Source of the DNA: Selaginella moellendorffii
Lineage: Eukaryota > Plantae > Lycopodiophyta
Reading direction: 5' to 3'
Length of the DNA: 64,000 bases
NCBI RefSeq assembly: GCF_000143415.4
Contig: NW_003314311.1
Location: 938,769-1,002,768, forward strand
In this document: piece by piece, positions 46,708 to 58,747 of the stretch
Position numbering within the stretch: position 1 is the first letter of the stretch
Layout of the letters: each line of letters begins with the position of its first letter
Translations under genes and position numbers: made by a program
Notes under the pieces: generated by a model
What the model was told of the DNA's origin: nothing
Seen by the model: the letters and a program-made list of their open reading frames with translations, nothing else
The model's database searches: none

Positions 46708-49137
46708 TCAACCCATTTTTTCTTCAGGAGTTGACTTTTAGAATTTGACTTTTAGTCCAAGGAGTTGACTTGTCTGACTGTCACAAAATCATCTTTTAGA
46801 ATGTCACAAAATCATTTTAAAAGAATTTCTAATATCATATTTTTTGTGTTTTGGATCACCGCCACACCACCGTCTCGTCATTTGGAAAGTGTTTTTCTCC
46901 ACCTTTTTCGATAATAATACATGATTTTGAGGCCCACCAAGTGAGATGACTGGGTTTTGACAATAAAATATTACCTAGTGTCTAGTTCCTTGTCATGAAA
47001 ACACAATGATAGAGTTATATTTGATGAAGCAACAGATATAGTTTTTTCATTGACTTTGATAAGCCAACAATTCTGGAATGGTTGTGTACACCTTCGAAAG
47101 ATCTCGCTGCACTTTTTGTTATAGTTGGATTCCAGCTGCAGCCTTTGGCATACTTTGGTGGATGGATCCCCAAACTAACGACTCGTGTCCCGAACTATAG
47201 CCACCGATATCAATATCAGGGTTTCCAGAGAAATCCTTCGGGCAAGAGCTGTTGCTTTCATAAATATGCAAGAAAAAGCCATGTGACTTCCTGCATAAAG
47301 ATGCACACAACAAACAGACACAAAACGACATATACATGTTATTTTGCTTTTTTTCACCCTTTTTTTGAGGTGACCGCCGAATCCGAAATAAAATTGTAAA
47401 TGGAGCAGCTTTTACCCATATATAGTTAGTAAACGTCAATGTATGGAACCATGTATGCTCTAAATTCAGACTTGTGGAAAATAAGAAGCTGCAAGGTGGT
47501 AGGGGGAATCAACATGAAGGCTCCATTCAATTTGGTTGGAAGGCCCACGACACACGTAGAGGTCCTCTCGTTGCCTGTTTCTCTGGCTTTGTATATTTGT
47601 TCTCTCTTTTTCCAAAATATTATGTTCTAGCATGACATGTGGTCTTTATTCTTGCTTTCCAGGCGGACTGGACTGAATCCCAAAGGGCCCCCTGATGCAC
47701 AAACCATTGCTGCTGCTACTGCCATGCTCTTGCTACACCACTACTGGGTTTAACATGGAAATATTAAATATTTAAAAGTTGGTACTTTAAATATTCGAGC
47801 AGGGCCTTCCAAATATATTAATTATTACATGATTTTGAACTTACATGAGATCACACTATTGGAAAAGAAAGCGTTGGAACAAGTAGAAATCATGGTGGTT
47901 TGACAAGAGTGTGCCTAGATATATTCCAAGCCATGATATTATCTGTCCGAAGTGATTGAAATTGATGAGTGACTCATGGTTGCACTTCGGAGGGCGTGAA
48001 ATGAAATCCAGTGATGCCTGGTGGAGGAATCAAATTAAATTGTGTGCCAAGTGTTGAGCCGCGAGAAAAAGAAACATCAAAAGACTTAGGCTCCTGTTTG
48101 TTAAGAGCCTGTCTACGGTCCGAACAAATGAAATACGATGATGCCAAAGAGTGGCAGAGATCAGAGATTTTTCCTTACATCACCTTATTCCTCTGAAAGA
48201 GAATAAATGTGAAATTTCTTGCTCATGGTTGTTCGATTCAATGATTGGCTGCCCGGCTAGCAAGTTGAAAAAAGAGAGAAATCCTTAAAACACTTTTCTA
48301 AGGGTTTGTTTGCTTTGGTTTTACAGTTGCACCATCTCACTCAATCCTCTCCATTGCCCGAACCTAAGATCTTAAACATTGTATTATGGCGATGATCATT
48401 GCAAAAGGTGGCGCGTTGTTTTGCACGTGTTTACGTAAAATAATCGGCGTTTTTTTGTTTGAGCTTGGATTTCTTACAACTGGCCACAGACGAGAGTTCG
48501 AACACTTCTAAACACCGACACATACGACACAACCTTTAACTTAGCTTAGCCATAAGTCAGCATGGCCTTTTCTCTAGCAATTCTTGGCCCTGACATCAAC
48601 ACAGTGACAAACTAATGTATGCATTTTCAAAAGCTTTAAAGAAAAGAAAAAACCCCTCACTTCACTACTACTGCGAGGAGTTGGACAATTCCGCGTTGTG
48701 GATTCAGTGTTATAGTGATTGATGATATAAGAGAGTTTTTCTTCCTTGCTTCTTTCTTCAGCTAGATTCCCAGTGCATTTACTGGTGTAGAGCCTCCATT
48801 TGTTTGGTAGCAAGTTATGCTAAAATAACAATTCCACAAAGCTCTGGGCCTTGCGTATATAGGGAATGCTTCTAAAGTTCTCCACAAGAAAAGAGTGTGT
48901 GACAAGGAGAGGAGAGAGGCAAAGAGGGAAAGAGAGAGATCACTCTTGCTCATATTTTCTCTATCCATTTAAAAGATTCCTTGAGAACTTGCTCATCTTC
49001 TTCTCCAATTCTCCCTTTTTGTTTGTTTTTTTTTTTTTTGTCAATCAAGGCAGGCACATACTTCACTTATACTTTTCTTGGCAAATCCAGCTGCATTCTT
49101 CGCTGCTGGGAATTTCCTTGAAGCTGGTCACACAGGG

Positions 49138-51540
49138 ATGGTGTCAATCACACCCAGCAATTCATCGATTCTAGACTTCCAGAGAATGAGTCACAATTTG
49201 CCTGCATTTTACCAGGGAATCTCCCTCAAGCTCTCAATGCTCCTCCTTGCCGCGCCAATGCTCGTTTTCCTCGCCTCTTTGCTCGTGATCCTGGTGTGGA
49301 GCGCGTCCGTGGCCTTCAGATATGTCCACCTGAGAAAGAATCTCCTCGAGCAAGGCCTGGATGGCCCCCCTCCAAAGTTCCTGATTGGAAACATGCACCA
49401 AGTATCCAAGATGAGAGAACTGGCAACATCCAAGGACATGCGAGTTGGCGACCATGATCTTCTTCCCAGGATATGCCCCCACTTTACATACTGGTCCGCC
49501 ATCTACGGTATATAGCTCGAATTTCCCTCCTCCATATCCACACTTCTAGCACACATTCCTCTGTTTCTCTGCCAAGCTTCTCCAAAGAGTTGTAAACTAA
49601 CTAATGTGTGTGTGTGACAGGGAAGAGGTTTCTCTTCTGGTGGGGAATGGAGCCGAGGATCACGGTTGTGGAGCCCGAGATGATCAAGGAGATCTTGTCC
49701 ACCAAGGCCGAGCACTTTGGAAAGTCGCTGCTACTAAAAAAGGGTGGTGTGCTGCTGCTTGGGAATGGAATGGTGTATGCCAACGGAGAGAGCTGGGCTC
49801 ACCGGAGACGCATCGTTGGGCCGGCGTTCCATGCCGAGATGCTCAAGGTAAGGTCTCTCTTTCCCTCCCAAAGACATATACTTCTTTGGATTTGAAGAAG
49901 TTAATTCTTCTTTACTTTCTATCTTTCTATATGATATGAATTCATGAGGCATAATTATTGGCAGAAAATGGTACCCGAGATGGTGGCGAGCACGTCTCAA
50001 ATGCTGGGCCAGTGGAGCCAAATCATTGACAACAAGAGCTCGAGGAGGAGCGGCGATGGATCATCCGCGGAGATCGACATCAACTATTACTTATCCATGG
50101 CCACGGCCGATGTAATTGCTCGTACCGCGTTTAGCAGCACCAGCAGTCACGAAAAAGGCAAGAGGGTGTTCCAGCTCCTGACGTGCCTCCAGAAAGTTTT
50201 CGCTCAGTCCAATCGTTTTCTCTGGCTTCCATGCAACAGGTATGATATCACGAAGATCAGAAAAATCCTCTCTCGCACTCCAGTCTCTCAAGGTTCCTCC
50301 ACTCCCTCTATTTGTCTTATCTCATATCTTTGTGTCTCCATCGCCATCAACCTTTGCGTGGAACAAAACATGCATGATTTCCAATGATTCCTCCATATAT
50401 ATACCTTGTATATCAAAGTCCCGCCTGGCTCCATCAGCTTCTGGTTCTTTCACCACCTTATTCAATTGTTATATTTCTATCTGCTCTTTATAACTGTACT
50501 AAAGTAAAGATCATTTAGGATGCTCCCCACGGCTGCCAATAGAAGAGCTTCCCGGATCAAAAGGGACATGGAGCGAGCGCTGCGAGAGCTTGTACTGGAG
50601 CGCCGTGCGGGACGACAAAAGCACGGGTATGGAAGCGACTTCTTGGGACTGATGCTGTCCGAGAGCGAGCGAGACAAGTCCGAAGCAGCAGCAGCTGCAC
50701 AGCAGTTTGACACGCCGGAGCTTGTGGAGGAGTGCAAAACCATCTTCTTCACGGGGCACGAGACCACATCGGCGCTGCTCACCTGGACTCTGATGCTTCT
50801 GGCCTTGAATCCAGAGTGGCAGCAGCGCGGCCGTGCCGAAGTGATGGAGCATCTTCCGTCCAAGTCCTCCGTTCCGGATGCCGATGTCCTTCCCAAGCTA
50901 AAGATTGTAAGTTGTTTTACAGTATACTTTGCACGCCAACTAGTCCACCTCCTGTCCTAGGCCAAAGTCATAACTCCACGTAGCTGCCTTTGAGTGTCTT
51001 GGAAGAAATTCTCTCTCTCTCTCTCTCTGCGTACACTAATCTTTCGCCACCTTTTTCTTTTCTTTCTTGCAGCTGGGAATGATTCTCAACGAGGCACTCC
51101 GCTTATATCCTCCGGCGCCGGCACTGGTGAGGGAATCTTTGGTGGACTTGAGCATCCAGGACGTGAAATATCCGCGGGGGACTACGTTTTGGATACCCAT
51201 TGTGGCACTCCACCACAGCAAAGACGTGTGGGGGGACGACGCCCTCCACTTTAACCCGGCCCGATTCGCCGATGGAGTGGCGGGGGCTTGCAAGCTTCAG
51301 CACCAAAAGCTGTGGAGTTTCATGCCATTTTCGCTGGGGCCGCGAGCTTGCCTCGGGCAGAGCTTTGCGATGATGGAGGCCAAAGTGGTCCTGGCAATGA
51401 TCCTCCAGAGATTCGAGCTCAAGATCTCTCCCAATTACAGGCACGCTCCGGTCACTGCCATCACGCTCAAGCCCAAGTATGGAATGCAGCTTATGCTTGC
51501 GCACTACAGCATAGAGGACGGAGAAAAATCGCCAGGATGA
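49138..51540 (+). CDS. Cytochrome P450, CYP72 clan (CYP735/CYP715-like); exons 49138-49507, 49621-49847, 49965-50239, 50519-50906, 51073-51540
   Basis: TM anchor plus GPPP, ECKTIFFTGHETT, EALRLYPP, FNPARF and heme motif PFSLGPRACLG; five-exon layout typical of the clan. An alternative ATG lies at 49186. Confidence 0.93.
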
Positions 51541-52022
51541 TCATCTATCTTATGATCCAAACACGAGGTTGCCACCACAGCCACTGTACACTTACAATTT
51601 TTGTAGAGCTCATACATATAACTATGACATTCTAAAGCAAAGTGCCCAGCCTTCTGAGTTGAGAACTTTTTTATTCTCGAAATGCTTTGGAGATGCCCGG
51701 ATGGATAGCTGGCTTTGTCTGTCCGCGACTTTAGTTCCCCAGCACGAATGTGTGCTTCCAGAAGTGCTTTCCCATACAAATTTCGTGGTCCATTTTTTTT
51801 AAGAAAAGGAGTTACGAAAAAGGAGGTCACAGAAGTCGTACGAATCCAATCCCGTGGAGATTCTACAATCCAACAATGGGATTTCTCCATGATTCCGGCC
51901 GCTTTCTCCTTCTCCTCGTATCAATCTATCTTGTTCGATCGTCATTGTCATCATCACATCGGGTACGCAACCTTCACATTTCTTTTGCTTTCACAAAAGC
52001 CCTTTTTCTTTTCTAGATCAAG

Positions 52023-53084
52023 ATGACGAAGCAGCTCTTGTTGGTCGGTGGCTACAGCGATGAAATCCACCTCTTAGCGCTGGACAAGCACCATCTCCAC
52101 TCCATCGCCTCGTTTCCATCAGGTACCAATCCCACCTTTCTGGCCACGCTGGGCAACGTTCTCTATGCCGTAAACGAAGTGGAGAGTGGCGCTCTCGAGG
52201 CATTCTCCTTCTCTCCACACCACACCTCTCTCACTCGTCTCGGCCACCCCGCCTCCACTTGCGGCGCGGACCCGGCTGCCATTAGCGTCCACTCCAGCGG
52301 CAAGTGGGTCTTGTTCGCGAACTACAACGGTGGCAGCTATGGCGTTCTCCAAGTCGACCATAGTCGCCACCAGGGTGTGCACCAGCAACCGGTTTCGCTG
52401 ATCAAGGTTCCAGGCCTGACGGAGCCGAGCAACAATCCCCGGCAGGAGGCTCCTCATCCCCACCAGATCATCACGGACTCCTCGGGAAAGTTTGTCTTCG
52501 TTTGTGATCTCGGCACTGACAAGATCCACACCCGAGTCCTCAACGTCTCGACTGGGAAGCTCGACGAGGCCGCTGCTCCGGAGGTTTCACTCGAGCCTGG
52601 GTCGGGTCCTCGGCATTTGATCTTCTCCCGCGACGAGCGATTCGCGTACGTGATCAACGAGCTCGCAAACAGCGTGAGCCAGCTTTCGTATGATCCGGGG
52701 AATGGAGCACTGCGTTTGATCCAGAGCTGGTCCACTCTGGATGATAGCGTAGCGAACAAGAGCGCGTGCACGGCGGCGGAGGTGGCTCTCTCGCCGGATG
52801 GGAGGTATTTGTATGCGTCCAACCGTGGTAACGCCGAGGATACCATCGCGGTGTTTGGAGTGGACGCTGAAGGTGACGGTGGCCTGACCTTTCTTGGGCT
52901 GGATCGAGTCGGGGGTTCTGGGCCTCGGCATTTTGCGTTTGATCGGTCCGGGGAGATGGTCGTGGTTGGGCTCCAAAACTCGAACAAGTTGAACGTTCTT
53001 TCCAGGAATGTAGAAACGGGGAGGCTGAGTGTGGTTTTTAGCTTGGATGGTGTACAAGCTCCTTCTTTCATCCAGTTTATGTAA
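52023..53084 (+). CDS. Seven-bladed beta-propeller lactonase (6-phosphogluconolactonase Pgl/YbhE / muconate cycloisomerase family)
   Basis: ANYNGG, RQEAPHPHQ, DLGTDKI, PGSGPRH, YVINEL, SPDGRYLYASNRG and PRHF motifs; intronless, 353 aa. Confidence 0.9.
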   Translation: MTKQLLLVGGYSDEIHLLALDKHHLHSIASFPSGTNPTFLATLGNVLYAVNEVESGALEAFSFSPHHTSLTRLGHPASTCGADPAAISVHSSGKWVLFANYNGGSYGVLQVDHSRHQGVHQQPVSLIKVPGLTEPSNNPRQEAPHPHQIITDSSGKFVFVCDLGTDKIHTRVLNVSTGKLDEAAAPEVSLEPGSGPRHLIFSRDERFAYVINELANSVSQLSYDPGNGALRLIQSWSTLDDSVANKSACTAAEVALSPDGRYLYASNRGNAEDTIAVFGVDAEGDGGLTFLGLDRVGGSGPRHFAFDRSGEMVVVGLQNSNKLNVLSRNVETGRLSVVFSLDGVQAPSFIQFM

Positions 53085-53230
53085 TGTATGTCTATGGAGA
53101 GTATAGAACTTGCAAGGATAATCTTATGTTGATGGTATTCATGTTTCTCTTGTGATTTCATGCTGTTCGTCTAGCTTTGGATCATTGATTGAAACTTGCA
53201 AGCTACAAACTTGGAAAGAAAATACAAAAC

Positions 53231-55096
53231 TCAGGATTTGTTTGCGTGTAACATGTTGGCCAGTAGTAAATACCCAGCTGATTCTTGTGAGTTCATGCCA
53301 ACCAAGGATTTTGCAACACAGAATCCCTGCTTGACATTGTTCTGAGATTTGGAAGCTCCAAGCAGGGACGTCCAATCCACAGCATCAGGCACAAACGGCA
53401 TGGTTTCCAAGAGAAGCTCGGCAACTTCCAGATGCCCTGCCTTGGCAATGAGGTCCACCATGCACGCGTAGTGTTGCTTCGTAGGCTTTAACGCGAAGTC
53501 CCCTTGCAACGACACGAAGCAATTTCTTGCGGCGTCGAGTCCACCAACATGTCCCAGGGAAATCAAAATGGGGGCAAAGCAGGATTCACCAGCTGCTTCA
53601 ATGAAATTCATGGTTTGGAAAAGGTGGCGGGCTTCAAAAGAGTGGCCCGTGTAGGCATACGCAGCCAGCATGGCGCTCCACACGGTGAGATCTCTCTCTA
53701 GCATAAAATCGAACACTTTCTTGGCTTCTAAAACATGCCCATTCACGGCATATGCGATGAGCATGACGGTCCGAGATACTACGTCATGCTCCGGCATGGA
53801 AATGAAAACACGTTTTGCGTCGTTAATATGACCAACTTGGGCATACGAAATGAGCATATTAGTACAAGAAACAAGGTCTTGTTGTGGCATGGAGTCAAAC
53901 AAAAATCGAGCTTCTTCAAGGTACCCTTTTGAGGCATACGCCGCTAGCATTGCGTTTCGTGAAACTAAATCCTTGCATGGCAAAGATTCATAGACCACCC
54001 TAGCATCGACTATGGCACCATACGTAGAGAGAAATGTGAGCATAACCGTACATGATACTGTATCCTGCATTGGCATTGTGTCGTATGTACGTTTGGCTCG
54101 ATCAATATGCCCTTCTTGGATATATGCGTTTAAAAGTGATGTCCAGGAAAGCATATCCCACTGTGGCATGGTATCAAATAAGGCTTTGGAATCTTTCCCA
54201 GTACTGTGCTGGGAAAATGCCGAGAGCATTACGTTATATGCCACTATATCTCTCTGTGGCATCGCATCGAAGAGGGCCTTACACTCACAAAGATGCCCAA
54301 TGCGGGCATATGCTGTTAAGACGATAGTCCAAGAGACAAAATTGGCTTCCGGAAGAGCGTCGAAAAATCTTCGCAATTCCAAAACGTAGTCCTCTTGGTC
54401 AAACCCAGTCAACATTGCGTTGAAAGAAGCCACGTCCCATTGGGGCATCTTGCCAAACAAAAGCTTCGCAATGCTAGTGTCTCCCTTCGCGGCATACGCA
54501 GAGACCATCGCGTTCCACGAGACTATAGTTTTTTCGGGCATACAATCGAAAAATCTCTGCGCGGCTGCCAGGTCTCCGTGCTGGATGTGCGCGGACAGCA
54601 TCGAATTCCACGATACCACATCCCACTGCGGCATCCCGTCGAAGATCCGGCGCGCCCCGCGAAAATCCCCGCTCTGCGAGAGCGCCGACAGCAAAATGTT
54701 GAAGGAAAACACGCTGGGCTGCGGGATTTGATCGAAAATTCGCCATGCCTCGTCGATCGACCCGCCCTGGGTGTAGGCCAGCAGCATGTAGTCCCAGCTC
54801 AGACGATCCTTCACGGGAATTAGATCGAAAATCTCTCGAGCCTTGGCGGCATTTCCCAATCGCCCGTGCATCCTGATCAAATCGTTCGCATTATGGACGC
54901 CTAGAGGAAGAAGAAGCATCAAACTGGCATATTCTTCAAAGAATCTACAAAGTATATGCTTTAAGTACTTGGACCACCGTGGCATTGATCCAACCATAGC
55001 TTGCCAGGCGCAACTCGTTTTCACCAGCCAGTGACAGCTAATTGACGGGAAAAATGCGCTATTATAGTTTGTAGATCTTCTAGTTCTTTCAGCCAT
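53231..55096 (-). CDS. PLS-type PPR protein with an E-like domain
   Basis: Tandem short PPR motifs and HYACMVDLIAKAG..WTSLLGA. Confidence 0.9.
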   Translation of the reverse strand: MAERTRRSTNYNSAFFPSISCHWLVKTSCAWQAMVGSMPRWSKYLKHILCRFFEEYASLMLLLPLGVHNANDLIRMHGRLGNAAKAREIFDLIPVKDRLSWDYMLLAYTQGGSIDEAWRIFDQIPQPSVFSFNILLSALSQSGDFRGARRIFDGMPQWDVVSWNSMLSAHIQHGDLAAAQRFFDCMPEKTIVSWNAMVSAYAAKGDTSIAKLLFGKMPQWDVASFNAMLTGFDQEDYVLELRRFFDALPEANFVSWTIVLTAYARIGHLCECKALFDAMPQRDIVAYNVMLSAFSQHSTGKDSKALFDTMPQWDMLSWTSLLNAYIQEGHIDRAKRTYDTMPMQDTVSCTVMLTFLSTYGAIVDARVVYESLPCKDLVSRNAMLAAYASKGYLEEARFLFDSMPQQDLVSCTNMLISYAQVGHINDAKRVFISMPEHDVVSRTVMLIAYAVNGHVLEAKKVFDFMLERDLTVWSAMLAAYAYTGHSFEARHLFQTMNFIEAAGESCFAPILISLGHVGGLDAARNCFVSLQGDFALKPTKQHYACMVDLIAKAGHLEVAELLLETMPFVPDAVDWTSLLGASKSQNNVKQGFCVAKSLVGMNSQESAGYLLLANMLHANKS

Positions 55097-55269
55097 CTGG
55101 AAAACTCATAATCTACGCTTGTAAGTAAATTCGGAAAGATAGGCTCATTTACTTGTCAATAAACTCAAGAACAAAAATTAAAAAAATTAAAAAAATTTCC
55201 TGCCCTGCAAAGGAGGTGGAAGAGAAAACTGGATCAACTCTCAAGCAAAAGGAAGAGTAATAAAATCAG

Positions 55270-55668
55270 AGATGGAGGAACCAACCAGCGCGAGAACTTC
55301 AAAGGGTGCCCTGCCAATTAGGACTCAAATGTGAGAAAATTCTTTCTCGCTATCTGAAATGTTAACAGCGTTGACAAGTTTCCTGTAGAAAGTAAAGAAT
55401 GGAGTCTCTACGTTCCTCCCGCCGCGTGAAGAAATCGCTCCCAGGTTTGCTGAGGGAAGACGCCGTGTGTGGCGTAAGCACTCACTTTCGTGGCTCCATC
55501 CGCTTGTAGTACATTCTGAAAGACACTGGCTAAGAAACGATGAAGAAATCTTACTACACGAACCTGGCATTCCTTGAGAGTGCCTCCAGATCGTCCACAA
55601 TGACGACGTGCCTTCCAGCGGCCTCGCCTTCCTCCAAGCGAACAATCCTTTTGTTTCCATCTCGAACT
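55270..55668 (-). pseudogene. Class II ribose-phosphate pyrophosphokinase (PRS3/4-like), 3' half, inverted
   Basis: Minus-strand [51 protein letters not shown] and PFEVL. Confidence 0.8.
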
Positions 55669-56335
55669 AATCTCCTCGACATATTGCAGCGAGTACGAGG
55701 ATGTGGCACGGAGGGTCGCTGCCGAGACAGTTTCCATCGAGCTCAGATGGATGTAAGTGGGTTTGAGCAATCGATCTCTTTTTTCTTTCACCACATTCGA
55801 GGATGGATTTCCAAACTTGTTCGCGCTGGGATCCGTGGCCAGCACGTTGCATTCCTTGCGCCTTTCAGCTCTCCCGCCGTGATCTTTGAGAGCTCTTGGT
55901 GATCTACGCTCTTCCCAGGATGTTCATCGCTTCCTTCACGGTCGTGGGGCCGTTCTTCCCGACTGGAACGTTGGAGCGCATGGAAGACGAGGGTGACATC
56001 GGCCTTCACTCTCCAACATTCCAATCTCCAGGGGTGGTCCGACGAGTCTCGTCATCTTTGACATCCACGCTCTCCAGGTTTTCTTGTTTCTCTTTTCTTT
56101 TCGATCTCTTCGCTCACCCGGACTTGCAAAGCAGGAGAGGTTTTACTTTGGTGACAGCGTTCTTCCCTGCTTCGACAGTGGCATCCCGCTGCTCAAGCTT
56201 CCGGATTCCAAAAATGTGAGACTCAGTTGAGAGCTTGCAAGCGATGTCCTAAAAATCTCCTGCAGGTGACTATAGCTTTCCCCGACGAGGGAGCTTAGAA
56301 GCGCTTGCACAAGCAATTCGAGCACTTCCCCACGG
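55664..56335 (+). pseudogene. Class II ribose-phosphate pyrophosphokinase, 5' half
   Basis: [48 protein letters not shown] and FPDEGA*KR, with frameshifts and a stop. Confidence 0.85.
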
Positions 56336-56653
56336 TTAAGTCCGTGACTTCTTCTCTCTAACTGTATTTCGCTGGTGGATCATACGTTACACGCCAGCTG
56401 CGCCGCTGGGCCAGAGCGGCCGCGCTCGAATCTCTCTAGCCTGCGAATCATCATTGTGTGAAGAAGAAGCATCACACTGGCATATTCGTTCGACCGCTGA
56501 ACTGGCCACGTGGAAAAAAAAAATAGTGCTAGACGAGACCCTTGTTCTATTGCAACTCCAGACTCCTGTAAGACTCACATATCTAGACTATTTTGATGAA
56601 CTTGACTTGGGAGCGCTTGGTTAAGATAAGGCCGACAAGGTCCGCTATCTAGA

Positions 56654-58147
56654 ATGGCCGACATCGTTTTGGTTACCGTTCAAGGCGGTGGTCACTTCAA
56701 CACAGGTATGCTCTTTGCAAAGAAGCTCGCTTCTCAGGGCTGCCGTGTTACGGTGCTACTGCCGTGGCTGAACCCATCTGGAATGACCACGGACATAGCA
56801 AACATTGAAATGCGCGCTCTCATGGAGTCCATTCCTTCCCCTCGACCGGCTTTCATTTTCCCTGGAGTTCGCAAGTCTCGTCCCGACCTTTTGCCATCAT
56901 CCCCTTTTCCCGCCCTGCCTGACTCGCTCCGGAAACACCTCGATGTGCTGCGCCCCAAAGCGGTGGTTCTCGATCGAATGGTGATGTTCTGGGCAAGTCA
57001 AACTGTTGAGGAGAGAGGCATCCCAAAGTATATCCTCTACACAGGTGCTTCGGCGCATCTCGCTGTCATGCTCTCCTTCCACGGCCCCAGCCGAAGCGGG
57101 AATGTGGACCAAGACATGCAGAGCGTAGTTCATGTTCCCGGACTTCCACCTCTTCGATGGGCTGAGCTACCTTTGGACGTTGTCATCAAATCCCATGGGT
57201 ATCATTCTTTCTATGTTTCTGTTTGTTTCCGTGATCTTTGTTTACAGATTCTACTTGGGTAAAGAAGGCGTAGCCAAGCATTTTGTCCACTCCAACGGGA
57301 TACTACTGAATACTTCCGAAGAGCTTGAAGGACCAGTAAGACGGGCATTTAGTGGGGGGTGATTTCTCACGTGTCCGTGCAGATATTGGATGCTTTACAT
57401 TGCGAGTACCCCGAGATACGGTGCATTCCCGTAGGACCTCTGTATCCATCTTCCTACCTCCAGGACGATCGACCCTCTCAAGAAGACATTCGAGGAACAG
57501 CGGTCTCAATCGGCAAGAACAGCGAGGATTCCACGGCGCTTGTCTCATGGCTGGACAAGCAACCCACGGCGTCGCTGGTCCTCATATGCTTCGGCAGCTT
57601 TATAGTCTTGGGCGATGAGATGATTCGAGAGCTGGCACACGGACTCGAATCGTCCGGCTTTAGATTCCTCTGGTCGCTTCCAAGTCCCAGGAACGAGGAG
57701 CCGACCGCCTACCTGAACCGCGTGCTACCTCCAAACTTTGCGGAGCGAACCTCCGGTAGGGGGAAAATCCTCACAGGTTGGGTGCCTCAGCAGCTGGTTC
57801 TCTCTCATCCGGCCATTGGTGCACTAGTTTCACACTGCGGGTGGAGTTCCGTGGTGGAGTGTATTCTGCTGGCTGGTGTTCCCATTCTGGCCTGGCCGTT
57901 CTTAGGTGACCAGCTCCCAACCTGCAGGCACCTTGTGGACGAGTACAAAATTGCGGTGGATATTGGGGTGGATGGTGTGCCGTCCGCAGATGACGTCGAG
58001 CGAGGCTTGCGTGCTGTAATGGAGGACCAAGAGCTCAGGAACCGTGCCAAGCAAAGGAGGAAGCTGGTCCGACAGGCTGCACTCTCCACCCAGCCGGGCA
58101 GCTCAGGGCATAACTTGGCAGAGTTCATCAGCTCGTTGGCTGGGTAA
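56654..58147 (+). CDS. Family 1 UDP-glycosyltransferase (exons 56654-57198, 57248-57335, 57383-58147)
   Basis: N-terminal GH catalytic His; PSPG box WVPQQLVLSHPAIGALVSHCGWSSVVE...WPFLGDQ; GT-AG introns restore the frame. Confidence 0.9.
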
Positions 58148-58747
58148 TAGCGTCTCCTCCACATCTGTCAGGACTCCGGAGAAAAAGATGGCAGCGTCTT
58201 GCGGATATCGACCCAGAAAGACATAGTAGTAACAAGAGATTACTGAACTCTATGTGGTTTGAGGTGGTGGTGTTTGTAAATCCGTGGCTTCAAAACGTGA
58301 AGTGTACAACGGTGGAAGCGCGATTGTTCACGCGAGTGGATCGGAGCTGCTACGCAGGACAAGCACTGCATCTTTGCAGAAAGGATTCCTTCCCATGCTG
58401 GGCAGTTTAGGAACCAAGAGAGAAGTCACAGCGTTTGCTTTTCTTTGATGCATTCGCTGTAATGATCTCGTTCCACCCGGAGAGAGACTGCAATATGAGT
58501 TTGCGTGATCATCTTCGGGTTGCCAGAAGTTGGCTTGGCGTAGGCTACGGACCCAAAAGCTTAGACGTGACAAAGACTTTGCTGGCTTGCTGCTTCACTG
58601 ACGAACTGGAACATCGCGTGACAAAGATTTGGATGGCAATCTCAAAGACGGTATCTTTTTTCAATGACCACTGTAATTATCACAGCCAGTGGCGCAATTA
58701 GCCAACAGAACTTAGTGACACCAAAATCTTCAAAGACAATTACCTAA

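Noticed and set aside
55408-55845. 145-aa ORF as an intact gene
   Set aside because: A chimera of antisense PRS 5' half and out-of-frame PRS 3' half across the rearrangement junction.
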